A stretch of DNA of 40,561 nt from an uncultured bacterium (GCA_903861235.1 CAIOTP010000263.1:1-40561), one strand, 5' to 3'; counted from the first letter of the stretch, positions 8,138 through 16,664 are shown. A program made the numbers and translations. Notes: a model not told the origin generated them from the sequence alone.

Positions 8138-9598
8138 GTGACGCTTCGCACACCTCCATCCGCGCCGGCCTGGGACTACGCCCCCGCCCCCGAGAGCTTC
8201 CGCCCCGAGATCGCCGAGCAGCACGGGCTGTTCATCGACGGGAAGTTCGTGAAGCCCCGTTCGGGCAAGTTCATGAAGGTGATCAATCCGGCCACCGAGG
8301 AGGTGCTCACGCGCGTGGCCGAGGCGGGCAAGGCCGACGTGGCCGCGGCGGTCGAGGCCGCCACGAAGGCGCAGCGCAAGTGGTCGCGCCTGCCGGGCAA
8401 GGAGCGTGCGAAGTACCTGTTCCGCATCGCGCGCCGCATGCAGGAGCGTGCCCGCGAGCTGGCGGTGCTGGAGACGCTGAACAACGGCAAGCCCATCAAG
8501 GAGAGCCGCGACGGCGACGTGCCCGAGAGCGCGAAGCACTTCTTCCACCACGCGGGCTGGTGCGACAAGCTTCGCTACGCCGTGCCGGGCGGCGGCGAGC
8601 CCGGGCCCGTGGGCGTGTGCGGCCAGATCATTCCCTGGAACTTCCCGCTCATGATGGCAGCGTGGAAGCTCGCGCCCGCGCTCGCCTGCGGCAACACCTG
8701 CGTGCTCAAGCCTGCCGAGACCACGCCGCTCACGGCGCTGCGTCTGGCGGAGATCCTGCAGGAAGTGGACCTGCCGCCGGGCGTGGTGAACGTGGTCACC
8801 GGCGGCCCCGAGACCGGCAAGCTGGTGGCGGGCCACGCGGGCTTCCACAAGATCGCCTTCACCGGCAGCACCGAAGTGGGCAAGGCCATCGTGAAGGCGT
8901 GCGCCGCGCGGCCGGTCCGGCTGACCATGGAACTGGGCGGCAAGGGTGCCCACCTGGTGTTCGCCGACGCCGCCATCGACCAGGCGGTGGAAGGCGCGGT
9001 GCAGGGCATCTTCTACAACCAGGGTCAGGTCTGCTGCGCGGGCAGCCGCCTGCTGGTGGAGGAGAGCGTGGCGGAGGAGTTCCGCGCCAAGCTGCTGCAG
9101 CGCATGAGCAGCCTGCGCGTGGGCGATCCCATGGACAAGAACACGGACGTGGGTGCCATCAACAGCGCGAGCCAGCGCGACCGCATCCAGGGCTACGTGC
9201 AGATCGCCCGCAAGGAGGGTGCCGAGGTGCTCGAGAGCGGCTGCGGCACGCTGCCCACCAAGGGCTTCTGGTGCCGGCCCACGGCGCTGGCGGGCGTGCA
9301 GCCCAGCCACACCGTGGCGCGCGAGGAGATCTTCGGCCCGGTGGTGGCGTTGATGACCTTCCGCACCGTGGACGAGGCGGTGGCCCGAGCCAACGACAGC
9401 GCGTACGGCCTGAGCGCCGGCATCTGGACCGAGAAGAGCGCCAAGATGTTCGAGGTGGCCCGCCGCCTTCGCGCGGGCGTGGTCTGGTGCAACGGCTTCA
9501 ACCTGTTCGACGCGGCCAGCCCCTTCGGCGGCGTGAAGGAGAGCGGCTTCGGCCGCGAGGGCGGTCGGCACGGCCTGCTGGAGTACCTGGCGCACTGA
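8138..9598 (+). CDS. NAD(P)-dependent aldehyde dehydrogenase (about 486 aa)
   Basis: Motifs IIPWNFPL, FTGSTEVGK, the catalytic Glu region MELGGKGA, the catalytic Cys region QGQVCCAGSRLLV, and EEIFGPV. GTG start at 8138, with an alternative GTG at 8099. Confidence 0.92.
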   Translation: MTLRTPPSAPAWDYAPAPESFRPEIAEQHGLFIDGKFVKPRSGKFMKVINPATEEVLTRVAEAGKADVAAAVEAATKAQRKWSRLPGKERAKYLFRIARRMQERARELAVLETLNNGKPIKESRDGDVPESAKHFFHHAGWCDKLRYAVPGGGEPGPVGVCGQIIPWNFPLMMAAWKLAPALACGNTCVLKPAETTPLTALRLAEILQEVDLPPGVVNVVTGGPETGKLVAGHAGFHKIAFTGSTEVGKAIVKACAARPVRLTMELGGKGAHLVFADAAIDQAVEGAVQGIFYNQGQVCCAGSRLLVEESVAEEFRAKLLQRMSSLRVGDPMDKNTDVGAINSASQRDRIQGYVQIARKEGAEVLESGCGTLPTKGFWCRPTALAGVQPSHTVAREEIFGPVVALMTFRTVDEAVARANDSAYGLSAGIWTEKSAKMFEVARRLRAGVVWCNGFNLFDAASPFGGVKESGFGREGGRHGLLEYLAH

Positions 9599-9617
9599 GC
9601 GCGGCAAGGAACCACCC

Positions 9618-10502
9618 ATGAGCGAAGCTTCCAACGACCGCGTGACCGTGCTCAAGACCCACAAGCTGTTCATCAAGGGGGCGTATCCGCGCGGCGAGAG
9701 CGGCCGAACGCACGCCCTGCGCGACGCCGACGGCGGCCTGCTCGGACACCTGTGCACCGGCAGCCGCAAGGACCTGCGCGAGGCGGTCGAAGCGGCTCGC
9801 GGCGCGCTCGGCGGCTGGAGCGCGGCGACCCCCTACCTGCGCGGGCAGATCCTGCATCGGCTGGCCGAGATGCTCGAGGGCCGCGCGGCGGAGATCGCCT
9901 CGGCCATCCGCGAGACCACCGGCCGCAGCGCCAAGAAGGCGCAGGCCGAGGTGGCCGCGGGCATCGACCGCGTGATCTGCTTCGCCGGATGGAGCGACAA
10001 GATCACCAGCCTGCTGGGCAACCAGAATCCGGTGGCGCAGCCCTTCCACAACTTCACCAGCCCCGAGCCGGTGGGCGTGATCGGCGTGATCGCGCCGGAG
10101 CACTCCTCCTTCCTGGGCTTCCTGAGCCTGTGGCTGCCGGCGGTCTGCGCGGGCGACACGGTGGTGTGCATGGCCAGCGAGCAGCTGCCGCTCCCGGCGC
10201 TGCTGGTGGCCGAGAGCCTGCCCAACAGCGACTTCCCCGCCGGCGTGTTCAACCTGCTCACCGGCATGCGCAAGGAGCTGCTGCCGGCGTTCGCGGCGCA
10301 TCGGGACATCGACGGCCTGGTCGCCAGCGCCGACGAGAAGGAAGCCGCGGCCCTTCGCGAAGCCGGCGCCGACAACCTGAAGCGCGTGCGCGTGATCAAG
10401 CCGGACGCGGACTTCGAGGACACCCACGCCTGGGAGGGCCCGGAGGCCTTCCGGGGCGCGGTGGAGTACAAGACGGTCTGGCACCCGATGAGCGCGGAGT
10501 GA
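9618..10502 (+). CDS. Truncated aldehyde-dehydrogenase-like protein lacking the catalytic domain (294 aa)
   Basis: ATG 9618 is preceded by AAGGA at 9606-9610. The N-terminal and Rossmann part is ALDH-like (LFIKGAY..., GVIGVIAPEHSSF, NLLTG). There is no ELGGK Glu or catalytic Cys segment. The protein ends with an ALDH-type C-terminal strand, VEYKTVWHPM. Confidence 0.8.
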   Translation: MSEASNDRVTVLKTHKLFIKGAYPRGESGRTHALRDADGGLLGHLCTGSRKDLREAVEAARGALGGWSAATPYLRGQILHRLAEMLEGRAAEIASAIRETTGRSAKKAQAEVAAGIDRVICFAGWSDKITSLLGNQNPVAQPFHNFTSPEPVGVIGVIAPEHSSFLGFLSLWLPAVCAGDTVVCMASEQLPLPALLVAESLPNSDFPAGVFNLLTGMRKELLPAFAAHRDIDGLVASADEKEAAALREAGADNLKRVRVIKPDADFEDTHAWEGPEAFRGAVEYKTVWHPMSAE

Positions 10503-10510
10503 GGGGGGGT

Positions 10511-10981
10511 GTGACGGCGCCGACTTCGAGAGACCGCCGCGCACCGGTGAAGCATCGGCTCGCAGCCCTCGCCCTGCTCATGGCCATGGTTGCCGTCCTC
10601 GCCCTGCTCACCTGGCGAGATCCTCGTGGCTACGGCCTCGGCCCCATGTGCCCAAGCCTCCGCTTCGCGGGCTTGCATTGCCCGGGTTGCGGCTCGATGC
10701 GAGCCACGCATGACCTCATGCATGGGCGATTCGCTTCGGCGTTCAGGAACAACCCGGCGTTGCTGCTGCTCGGAGTGCCAGCCGCCGCCTGGCTCGCGGC
10801 GTCAATGATCGCCATCGTCACCCGCGGCCAAAGGATGCATACAAGGACACCCGTCTGGCTTGGCTACGTGATCGCGGCCTTGCTGGTGGCATGGGGAGTG
10901 GCCCGCAACCTGCCGGGAGGCGCGTTCGACTCGCTGCGGCCACCTCCAACTTCACAAGCGACCAGAACCGTGTCGGACTAG
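10511..10981 (+). CDS. DUF2752-family membrane protein with CPxC...CPGCG zinc-ribbon-like motif (about 156 aa)
   Basis: GPMCPSLRFAGLHCPGCGSMRATHDLMHGRFASAFRNNPALLLL, followed by TM helices. The start is uncertain (GTG 10511, GTG 10547 or ATG 10580). It lies 8 nt downstream of the ALDH-like gene. Confidence 0.75.
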   Translation: MTAPTSRDRRAPVKHRLAALALLMAMVAVLALLTWRDPRGYGLGPMCPSLRFAGLHCPGCGSMRATHDLMHGRFASAFRNNPALLLLGVPAAAWLAASMIAIVTRGQRMHTRTPVWLGYVIAALLVAWGVARNLPGGAFDSLRPPPTSQATRTVSD

Positions 10982-11439
10982 GGCCTGCCGTGCTTTGCGG
11001 CCTCGGCCACGATGTAGAGCACTCCGACGACCACACCGATGCCGATCGAAACCCACATCCAGATCCTGCTGGTCCTCGCGTCGCTCATGGCGCCCTGAAG
11101 ATCGCCGCGAGCCGCCTTCGTGTTGGCGTTGGCTGCGTACACGATCGAGATGATGCCGCCGATCAGGCAGCAGAAGACGGTGACCAGAATCGGACCGACC
11201 AGGCTGACCGGCACGAAGCCTCCGGACCCGGGGACCGTTCCGGACGCCGGTGGCACGAACGCCGACGACGAGGGCGCTCCACCGGCAAGCACCTGGCTCG
11301 CAGGCACCCAGTTCTGGCTGCCCTCGGCACACAACTGCGACGCGGGAGGCACGCGTCCCTCCGTCTGCATGGCACGGATCTGATCGATCTCGTATGGACC
11401 GTAGGTCTTGCCGTCACCGATCGAGAGCCAATAGCGCAT
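10978..11439 (-). CDS. GYF_2 (DUF4339) domain fused to a CD225/dispanin (IFITM-like) membrane domain (153 aa)
   Basis: The N terminus YWLSIGDGKTYGPYEIDQIRAMQTEGRVPPASQLCAEGSQNWVPASQV is GYF_2-like. The C terminus ILVTVFCCLIGGIISIVYAANANTKAARGDLQGAMSDARTSRIWMWV has the CD225 signature. Its stop codon overlaps the stop of the convergent DUF2752 gene (CTAG, 10978-10981). Confidence 0.85.
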   Translation of the reverse strand: MRYWLSIGDGKTYGPYEIDQIRAMQTEGRVPPASQLCAEGSQNWVPASQVLAGGAPSSSAFVPPASGTVPGSGGFVPVSLVGPILVTVFCCLIGGIISIVYAANANTKAARGDLQGAMSDARTSRIWMWVSIGIGVVVGVLYIVAEAAKHGRP

Positions 11440-11472
11440 GAGGCCGTTCTCCGGAGTGGGTTGGTGTGTGAG

Positions 11473-11829
11473 TCAGCTCGCACTGGCGACGACGATCGCC
11501 GTGACAAGCGCGAGAAAAAGTGAGGGAAGCACGATGCCGAACCATGCCCGAAAGATGCCTCTGGCACCCGGCGTACGACGGATCCGTCGCACAGCCAGAA
11601 CACCCAACAGGATCGCGAACATCGCGGGGAACAGGAATGCCAGGCGGGCGCCGACCGGCGCGCTCGAAGCAGCGACCAAGGCCAGCGGCGACAAAAGCGC
11701 CAAGTATCCCGATGCCACCGCCAGACCATCCACCTTCAACGGAATCAGAAGCGAGACGGCTCGGTCCAGATCGGCATGCGACCCCTGTGCAGGGGCGGCC
11801 GGGGGAGGTGGGGGTGGCTCATGCTGCAC
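11473..11829 (-). CDS. Small membrane protein, Pro-rich N terminus plus DUF4190-like domain (118 aa)
   Basis: GTG start at 11829. PPPPPPAAP is followed by two hydrophobic hairpins flanking LLGVLAVRRIRRTPGARGIFRAWFGIVL, a DUF4190-like pattern. It lies 33 nt upstream of the GYF-CD225 gene on the same strand. It has more T-ending codons than its neighbours. Confidence 0.6.
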   Translation of the reverse strand: MQHEPPPPPPAAPAQGSHADLDRAVSLLIPLKVDGLAVASGYLALLSPLALVAASSAPVGARLAFLFPAMFAILLGVLAVRRIRRTPGARGIFRAWFGIVLPSLFLALVTAIVVASAS

Positions 11830-11859
11830 GGGGTTTTCCGGAATCCCCTGCAGTATAAC

Positions 11860-14559
11860 TCACCCCCTCACGCGCACGCCCGTCGGCGACCGGCCCTCGG
11901 CATCGAAGATGGTGATCGTGTTCTCCGCCTGAAGCCGCTCGGTGGGCAGTTCCACCTGGGCGCGCCCCGCGGTCAGGTCGTAGGCGCCGGCCAGCTGGTC
12001 GTTCACGAAGACGTGGCCATGGCTCAGGCCGTGGCATTCGATCGCCACGGGACCGTCCGCGGCCTTGGGTCGCGCGAAGCACGCCATGAACCACCGCGGA
12101 GTGCCGGGCTTGGCGTCCACCAGATCGCGCCACACCCCGGTGCCCACGCGCGGTGCCTCCCACCGCGCGAAGGCCCAGCGGGCACCTTCGCCGTCCAGCA
12201 CCTGCACGCTGGCATGGCACCGCACCGACCTGGCCAGTCTCTCCGCCACGCCTGCATCGGCCTGAAGCGGCACCAGCACGATCTCGTTCGAGCCGGACTG
12301 CAGCCCACGCTTGGGATCCGCCTTGGTGGCCATGGCGAGCACCAGCGCATCTCCCGCCTGGCCCCGCCAGTGCACCAGACCGTGCACGCGGCCGTTCACC
12401 AGCACCAACGCCCGCACCGCCAGACCGTCCGCATCCACGATCACCGGCTCCTTGCGACGCTGCTGGAAGGCGATCCTGACCGCCTTGGCGCTGGGCAACT
12501 GTCCGGGCGTGATGCCCGGAATGAAGGCTTCCGCCTTGAAGGGATCGTCCGTGGGCGCCTCGATCACGCTCACCTTGGCGGTGAGCGGCTGCACCACATG
12601 CGGTGCCTGCGGCAAACCGATGGCCACGCCCGCCGCCGCCTGCTCCGCCGTGCGGCCACCCTGCCGAGCCAGCACCGTGAGCGCATGCTCGCCCGCAGAC
12701 AGCGCCATGGGCACCCTGGTGTGCACCAGCGATTCGATCGGTCGTCCGTCCATCCAGGCATGCATGAGGCCCGAGGCGCCGGGCAGCAGCATGCCTGCCT
12801 TGGGCTGCTTCCATTGCAGTCGGTACCAGCCCCAGCCTTCGTAGGCGCCGCACGCGCCCAGGCTGGCCGGACCACCCAGCGACGCGTACCGCTGGCTCGT
12901 GCCGTGCACGAACTCGCCGCAGTCCGCCACCTGCCAACCCTTCAGCGCAAGGGAGACCTGCTTCGCGCGCCCGCGCGGAGGCGGAACCGCCTGCACGCGC
13001 CCGGCACCGTCGACTCGGAACGCCTGCTTGAAGCCCTCGGCCAGGTCGATGTCGCCGTCGGCATGCACCCGTTCCACGCCCACCAGCAGGCTGCTGCCGT
13101 AGATCACGGCCGCGTCGATCTGTCGCTGGTTGCAGCCGACCACCACCATGCCCTGATGCTGCAGCACCACGGGCTTGGCACCGGCCTTCTCGTCCGGAAG
13201 CGTGAAGTGCAGTTCGCCGCCGTCGATGCTGAGCGAGGCTGCGGCGCCCGCCGGACCCTGCAGCACCAGCAGCGAGCGGTCGATCAGCGCCCAGGGCGAA
13301 AGGTTGCACCAGTCGAGCGTGGCCTTGCCATGCAGGCTGACGCCGAACAGGTACCAGCCCACCGGCGCATCGCCCAGTTCCACCTCCATGCGGCCGCCCT
13401 CGGTGGTCACGAGCGAGGCGCGATCATGTCGCCCGCTCTTGGCGCCGTCCGGCCCGCGGAAGACGAAGTTCACGCGCCCTGCCGAGCCTTCCACGGCGAT
13501 CACGCTGAAGCCGCCAGGCAGCAGTCGATCGGGCGACTGCACCGCGACCTGTCGCGAACCGTCCGCGTCCGCGTAGACGTGGCCGAAGTGGTTGGCGAAG
13601 CTGACCATGCGTCGCACGGAGCGGATGTCCGGGTTCGGGCGCCCCACGCCGTCGAGCAGCGCCGGCACCGCGTTCGATCGGTCGCTGCGCTGCACGCCCG
13701 GCAGGATCGGCTGCCCTCCGGCGGCCAGGATCTGGCCCATGCGCGAGAGCAGGTCCATGCCGATCGACCAGCCGGTGCGCGCTTCGCCCTTCGCGCCCAC
13801 GCCCGCCGCCTTGGCCGCCTCCTCGCGGATCTCGACCAGGCGCGGCGCGTCCGGCTGCACCTGCTGCAGCTGGCGCAGATGCGGAAAGAGGTCGTTCCAG
13901 CCCTCCCACACCTCGATGCAGCCTTCCGCGTTGATCCACAGCCCGTTGCAGGTGAGGACCGGCACCGTGAAGCCTCGCTCGCGCACGAAGCGCAGCAGCT
14001 CGGCGTGATAGGCGTGACCCGCGGTCTCGTTTCCGCAGTTCCATCCGTGCTCGATCTGCACCGCGAGAAGCGGGCCGCCCTCGCCGGGTCGCAGGTCTCC
14101 GAAGCTTCCGCCCGACTGCGCCTCGGTGGCCTGCAGCGGCTTCACCTGCTCCGCCACGGCGCGGACGAACGCGCCGACATGCTTCATGAAGGTCTCGTTC
14201 ACCTGCCGCAGCTTCACGCCGGGCTCCGCGGCGAGCCATGCGGGAAGGCCGCCGCCGTCGAACGGTTCACCCACCACGGGGCCCAGGCGAAGCAGCACAT
14301 GCATGCCCTGACCGCGGCACTCGCGCAGGAACGCTCCCACGTCCAGTCCCGCGGTGAAGTCGAAGCGCCCGCGCCGACACTCGTGCATGCACCAGGGCAC
14401 GCTGGCGCGGATGGTGTTGAAGCCCATCTGCCTCAGCGAGCCGATGGCGGTGGCCCAGCGCTCCGGCGCCATGAGCGCGTACTCCAGGTTGGCCCCCACC
14501 AGCCACAGGCGGCGACCGTTCCACTGCAGACTCTGGCCATCGAAGGCGACGCTGGGCAT
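11860..14559 (-). CDS. Glycoside hydrolase family 35 (beta-galactosidase-like), 899 aa, no signal peptide
   Basis: ATG at 14559 (MPSVAFDGQSLQWNG...). GH35 TIM-barrel motifs are present: NTIRASVPWCMHECRRGRFDF, LRLGPVVGEPFDGGGLPAWL, and the nucleophile region CIEVWEGWND. The long ORF start at 14844 would overlap the divergent gene. Confidence 0.85.
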   Translation of the reverse strand: MPSVAFDGQSLQWNGRRLWLVGANLEYALMAPERWATAIGSLRQMGFNTIRASVPWCMHECRRGRFDFTAGLDVGAFLRECRGQGMHVLLRLGPVVGEPFDGGGLPAWLAAEPGVKLRQVNETFMKHVGAFVRAVAEQVKPLQATEAQSGGSFGDLRPGEGGPLLAVQIEHGWNCGNETAGHAYHAELLRFVRERGFTVPVLTCNGLWINAEGCIEVWEGWNDLFPHLRQLQQVQPDAPRLVEIREEAAKAAGVGAKGEARTGWSIGMDLLSRMGQILAAGGQPILPGVQRSDRSNAVPALLDGVGRPNPDIRSVRRMVSFANHFGHVYADADGSRQVAVQSPDRLLPGGFSVIAVEGSAGRVNFVFRGPDGAKSGRHDRASLVTTEGGRMEVELGDAPVGWYLFGVSLHGKATLDWCNLSPWALIDRSLLVLQGPAGAAASLSIDGGELHFTLPDEKAGAKPVVLQHQGMVVVGCNQRQIDAAVIYGSSLLVGVERVHADGDIDLAEGFKQAFRVDGAGRVQAVPPPRGRAKQVSLALKGWQVADCGEFVHGTSQRYASLGGPASLGACGAYEGWGWYRLQWKQPKAGMLLPGASGLMHAWMDGRPIESLVHTRVPMALSAGEHALTVLARQGGRTAEQAAAGVAIGLPQAPHVVQPLTAKVSVIEAPTDDPFKAEAFIPGITPGQLPSAKAVRIAFQQRRKEPVIVDADGLAVRALVLVNGRVHGLVHWRGQAGDALVLAMATKADPKRGLQSGSNEIVLVPLQADAGVAERLARSVRCHASVQVLDGEGARWAFARWEAPRVGTGVWRDLVDAKPGTPRWFMACFARPKAADGPVAIECHGLSHGHVFVNDQLAGAYDLTAGRAQVELPTERLQAENTITIFDAEGRSPTGVRVRG

Positions 14560-14650
14560 GGTTCCCTGTCTTCGGCCGCCCACTCCGGGCGGACGCAGGG
14601 CAAGTGCGCGTCGGACGTGTTTTTGGCGCCGTCCGATACCCTGACCTTCG

Positions 14651-16654
14651 ATGACCATCATCCGCAAACTGCGGTGGACTCGGGCGTTCGGTGCTCTGGT
14701 GCTCCTCGGGCTGGTCTGCGTGCCCGACCCGCGGCCCGCCATGGCGCAGGCCACCGCGGGGGGCAACGCCGCAGAGGCGTGGCGAAGGGCCTTCCCGCTG
14801 CTCATGCCCATCGACGCCAGGCACAATCCCGCCGGCCTGCTCACCGCCGAGGAGTGGGAGTTGGTTCAGGATTCGAGTGATCGATTCGGCCTCGATGCCG
14901 GTCGCGACGACCAGATTCGAGTTCTCGTGGCCAAGCTCCAGCCCGCGTTCGACGCCCTGGACGAGGCGGCGGCACAGAGGAAGTGCGACTTCGGGCTCGA
15001 CCGCAGTCAAGGGTTTGCGCTGCTGCTGCCGCACCTGAGCAAGATGCGTCAGGCGACGCGCGTGATGCGGCTGAAGGCCGACATCCAGCTCGCCGACGGC
15101 GACCTTGAAGGCATGGTGCGCACCCAGAGCCAGATGACCACCATGTCGCTGCAGCCGGGCCAGGACCAGCTCGTCATCTCCACGCTGGTCGGACAGGCCA
15201 TGACGGGCGTGGCGCTGAGCTCGATCCGTGAATCGGTCGACCAGGGTGCGCTGAACCAGGAAGCCGCCAAGCAGCTGCTCGAAGGGCTGGCTCCGCTGCG
15301 CGCCACGGATCCCTTCGGCATGGCGGACGCGATCCGCGGCGAGTACGGCACGTTGGAGCGCGAGCTCCGAAACGCGGTGCGCGACGGCATGGACGGCGAC
15401 GAGTTCCTGCGAAGGTTCGGATCTCCCCAGAACGTGGGTGCGGTCGACCCGGCCGCCATGCTGCAGGCCATGCCGAGCCTGAAGCCCATCTACGAACTGC
15501 AGGCACAGGCGGCCCTGGAGCCGGACGAGCAGAAGGCCGCCGCACTGGCCCGCAAGGCCGGAAGGATGATCGAGTCGCTCCAAGGTCCGGCCGCCGGGTT
15601 TCGGGCCGTGATTCCCGCCCTGGATCGGCTGATCCAGAACCAGAGGCGAACGGCCGCCGAGGTGGCGTCGCTCGTGGCCCTGCTCAAGCGGCTTGCCGAG
15701 GATCCCGACGCGGCGGACAAGCTCCGCTCACCGGCCCTGCTGTGGGCCCGGGTGGCCGCGCGCGTGTACGCGATTCCCGACGACCGACAGGACGCGATCG
15801 CCCTGATCCTGATCGACGGTCCCAAGGAAGGCGACCCCCTGCTCGAATCGGGCGTGTCGTGCCTGCAGGGTTGCCGTGACACCATCCTGGCGGACATGGC
15901 GCTGGCCGCACAGCTGGAGCGCAAGGACATCGACTTCAGCCAGGTCCGTGGCGTGAACGGCAGTCCGCCCTTCAGGCTGCTGGGCGGCATGCGTGGGGCG
16001 GCACGACTGGCGTTGGCCGACATGTGGCTGCTGGATGCCGAGGACGCCATCGACCGACTGGAACTGGCCGCGGCGGCGGTGCAGGCGCTCTCCGCCGATC
16101 CGCACCAGGCCAGCAACTGCATGGCCATGGCCACCGCGAAGGAGCTGGTGCCGGCGGTGCGGCGGCTGCTCCGCACGCCCGGAATCGGGCCGGCCCAGCG
16201 CGAGCGCATGCAGAAGGCCATCGATCGGATCGACCGGACCGACCCGTTCGGATTCAAGGCGTCGCTCAAGCTGGAGCGAGAGCGACTTGCGAGCGACCTG
16301 GCAGGCCGCTGCGAACCCTCGGAACCGGACGAGCTTCGCAAGGCGCTGCGTCAGCGCCCGGCGGGGTGGGTGTTCTCCGCCTGGCTCGAGTCGAGGCTCT
16401 TCGTCTCGCCGCTTCCCCAGGAACCGGGCACGCTGGTGGACGTGGCGGACATCTTCCTGCCGGAGCGGGTGGACGCCCTTCGCGAGGCCTGCGAGCCGTT
16501 TGAAAAGGCGACCGTTCCGCCGCAACTGGCGCCCGATCGCCGGCTCCCTGCCCTGCGCGACCTGCCCGTGCCGGTGCTTCGTGACACCGCCGCGGACGCC
16601 GCCGAGGCGCAAGCCGTGCTCTCGCAGCTGGACGCCGCCCTGCGCGGCGAGTGA
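14651..16654 (+). CDS. Secreted hypothetical protein, predicted all-alpha (667 aa)
   Basis: ATG 14651. Signal peptide MTIIRKLRWTRAFGALVLLGLVCVPDPRPAMAQ. Ala/Leu/Arg/Glu/Asp-rich helical-looking sequence with no recognisable motif. Consistently high GC3. Confidence 0.7.
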   Translation: MTIIRKLRWTRAFGALVLLGLVCVPDPRPAMAQATAGGNAAEAWRRAFPLLMPIDARHNPAGLLTAEEWELVQDSSDRFGLDAGRDDQIRVLVAKLQPAFDALDEAAAQRKCDFGLDRSQGFALLLPHLSKMRQATRVMRLKADIQLADGDLEGMVRTQSQMTTMSLQPGQDQLVISTLVGQAMTGVALSSIRESVDQGALNQEAAKQLLEGLAPLRATDPFGMADAIRGEYGTLERELRNAVRDGMDGDEFLRRFGSPQNVGAVDPAAMLQAMPSLKPIYELQAQAALEPDEQKAAALARKAGRMIESLQGPAAGFRAVIPALDRLIQNQRRTAAEVASLVALLKRLAEDPDAADKLRSPALLWARVAARVYAIPDDRQDAIALILIDGPKEGDPLLESGVSCLQGCRDTILADMALAAQLERKDIDFSQVRGVNGSPPFRLLGGMRGAARLALADMWLLDAEDAIDRLELAAAAVQALSADPHQASNCMAMATAKELVPAVRRLLRTPGIGPAQRERMQKAIDRIDRTDPFGFKASLKLERERLASDLAGRCEPSEPDELRKALRQRPAGWVFSAWLESRLFVSPLPQEPGTLVDVADIFLPERVDALREACEPFEKATVPPQLAPDRRLPALRDLPVPVLRDTAADAAEAQAVLSQLDAALRGE

Positions 16655-16664
16655 GACTCACTCG
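16648..16664. other. 17-nt perfect palindrome containing both stop codons of a convergent gene pair
   Basis: CGAGTGAG-A-CTCACTCG. The TGA at 16652-16654 (+ gene) base-pairs with the TCA at 16658-16660 (stop of the - gene). Confidence 0.6.

Noticed and set aside
5977-8151. 724-aa minus-strand ORF and the 612-aa plus-strand ORF 6303..8141
   Set aside because: They overlap three supported genes (membrane protein, SOUL lipoprotein, lipoprotein) in other frames or strands, with Arg/Gly/Pro/His-rich translations and no motifs.
7970-10544. Minus-strand ORFs 7970..9769 (599 aa) and 9498..10544 (348 aa)
   Set aside because: They are antisense to the aldehyde dehydrogenase and ALDH-like genes, and show typical high-GC antisense artefacts.
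11852-11857. TATACT hexamer (minus strand) 23 nt upstream of the GTG at 11829, a possible -10 box for the DUF4190/CD225 operon
   Set aside because: It is a rare AT-rich hexamer in this GC-rich DNA, but I see no convincing -35 element. The promoter consensus of this lineage is unknown to me, so I did not call it as a feature.
10500-11860. Possible lower-GC horizontally acquired islet around the small membrane protein genes
   Set aside because: The impression comes only from seeing more T-ending codons by eye. There are no flanking repeats, tRNA or integrase. A windowed GC/codon-adaptation calculation is needed before making a claim.
11776-14880. 1034-aa ORF on the + strand
   Set aside because: It is entirely antisense to the motif-supported GH35 gene. 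Its translation is Arg/Ala/His/Gly-rich low complexity with no motifs. Long stop-free antisense frames are expected at about 70% GC.
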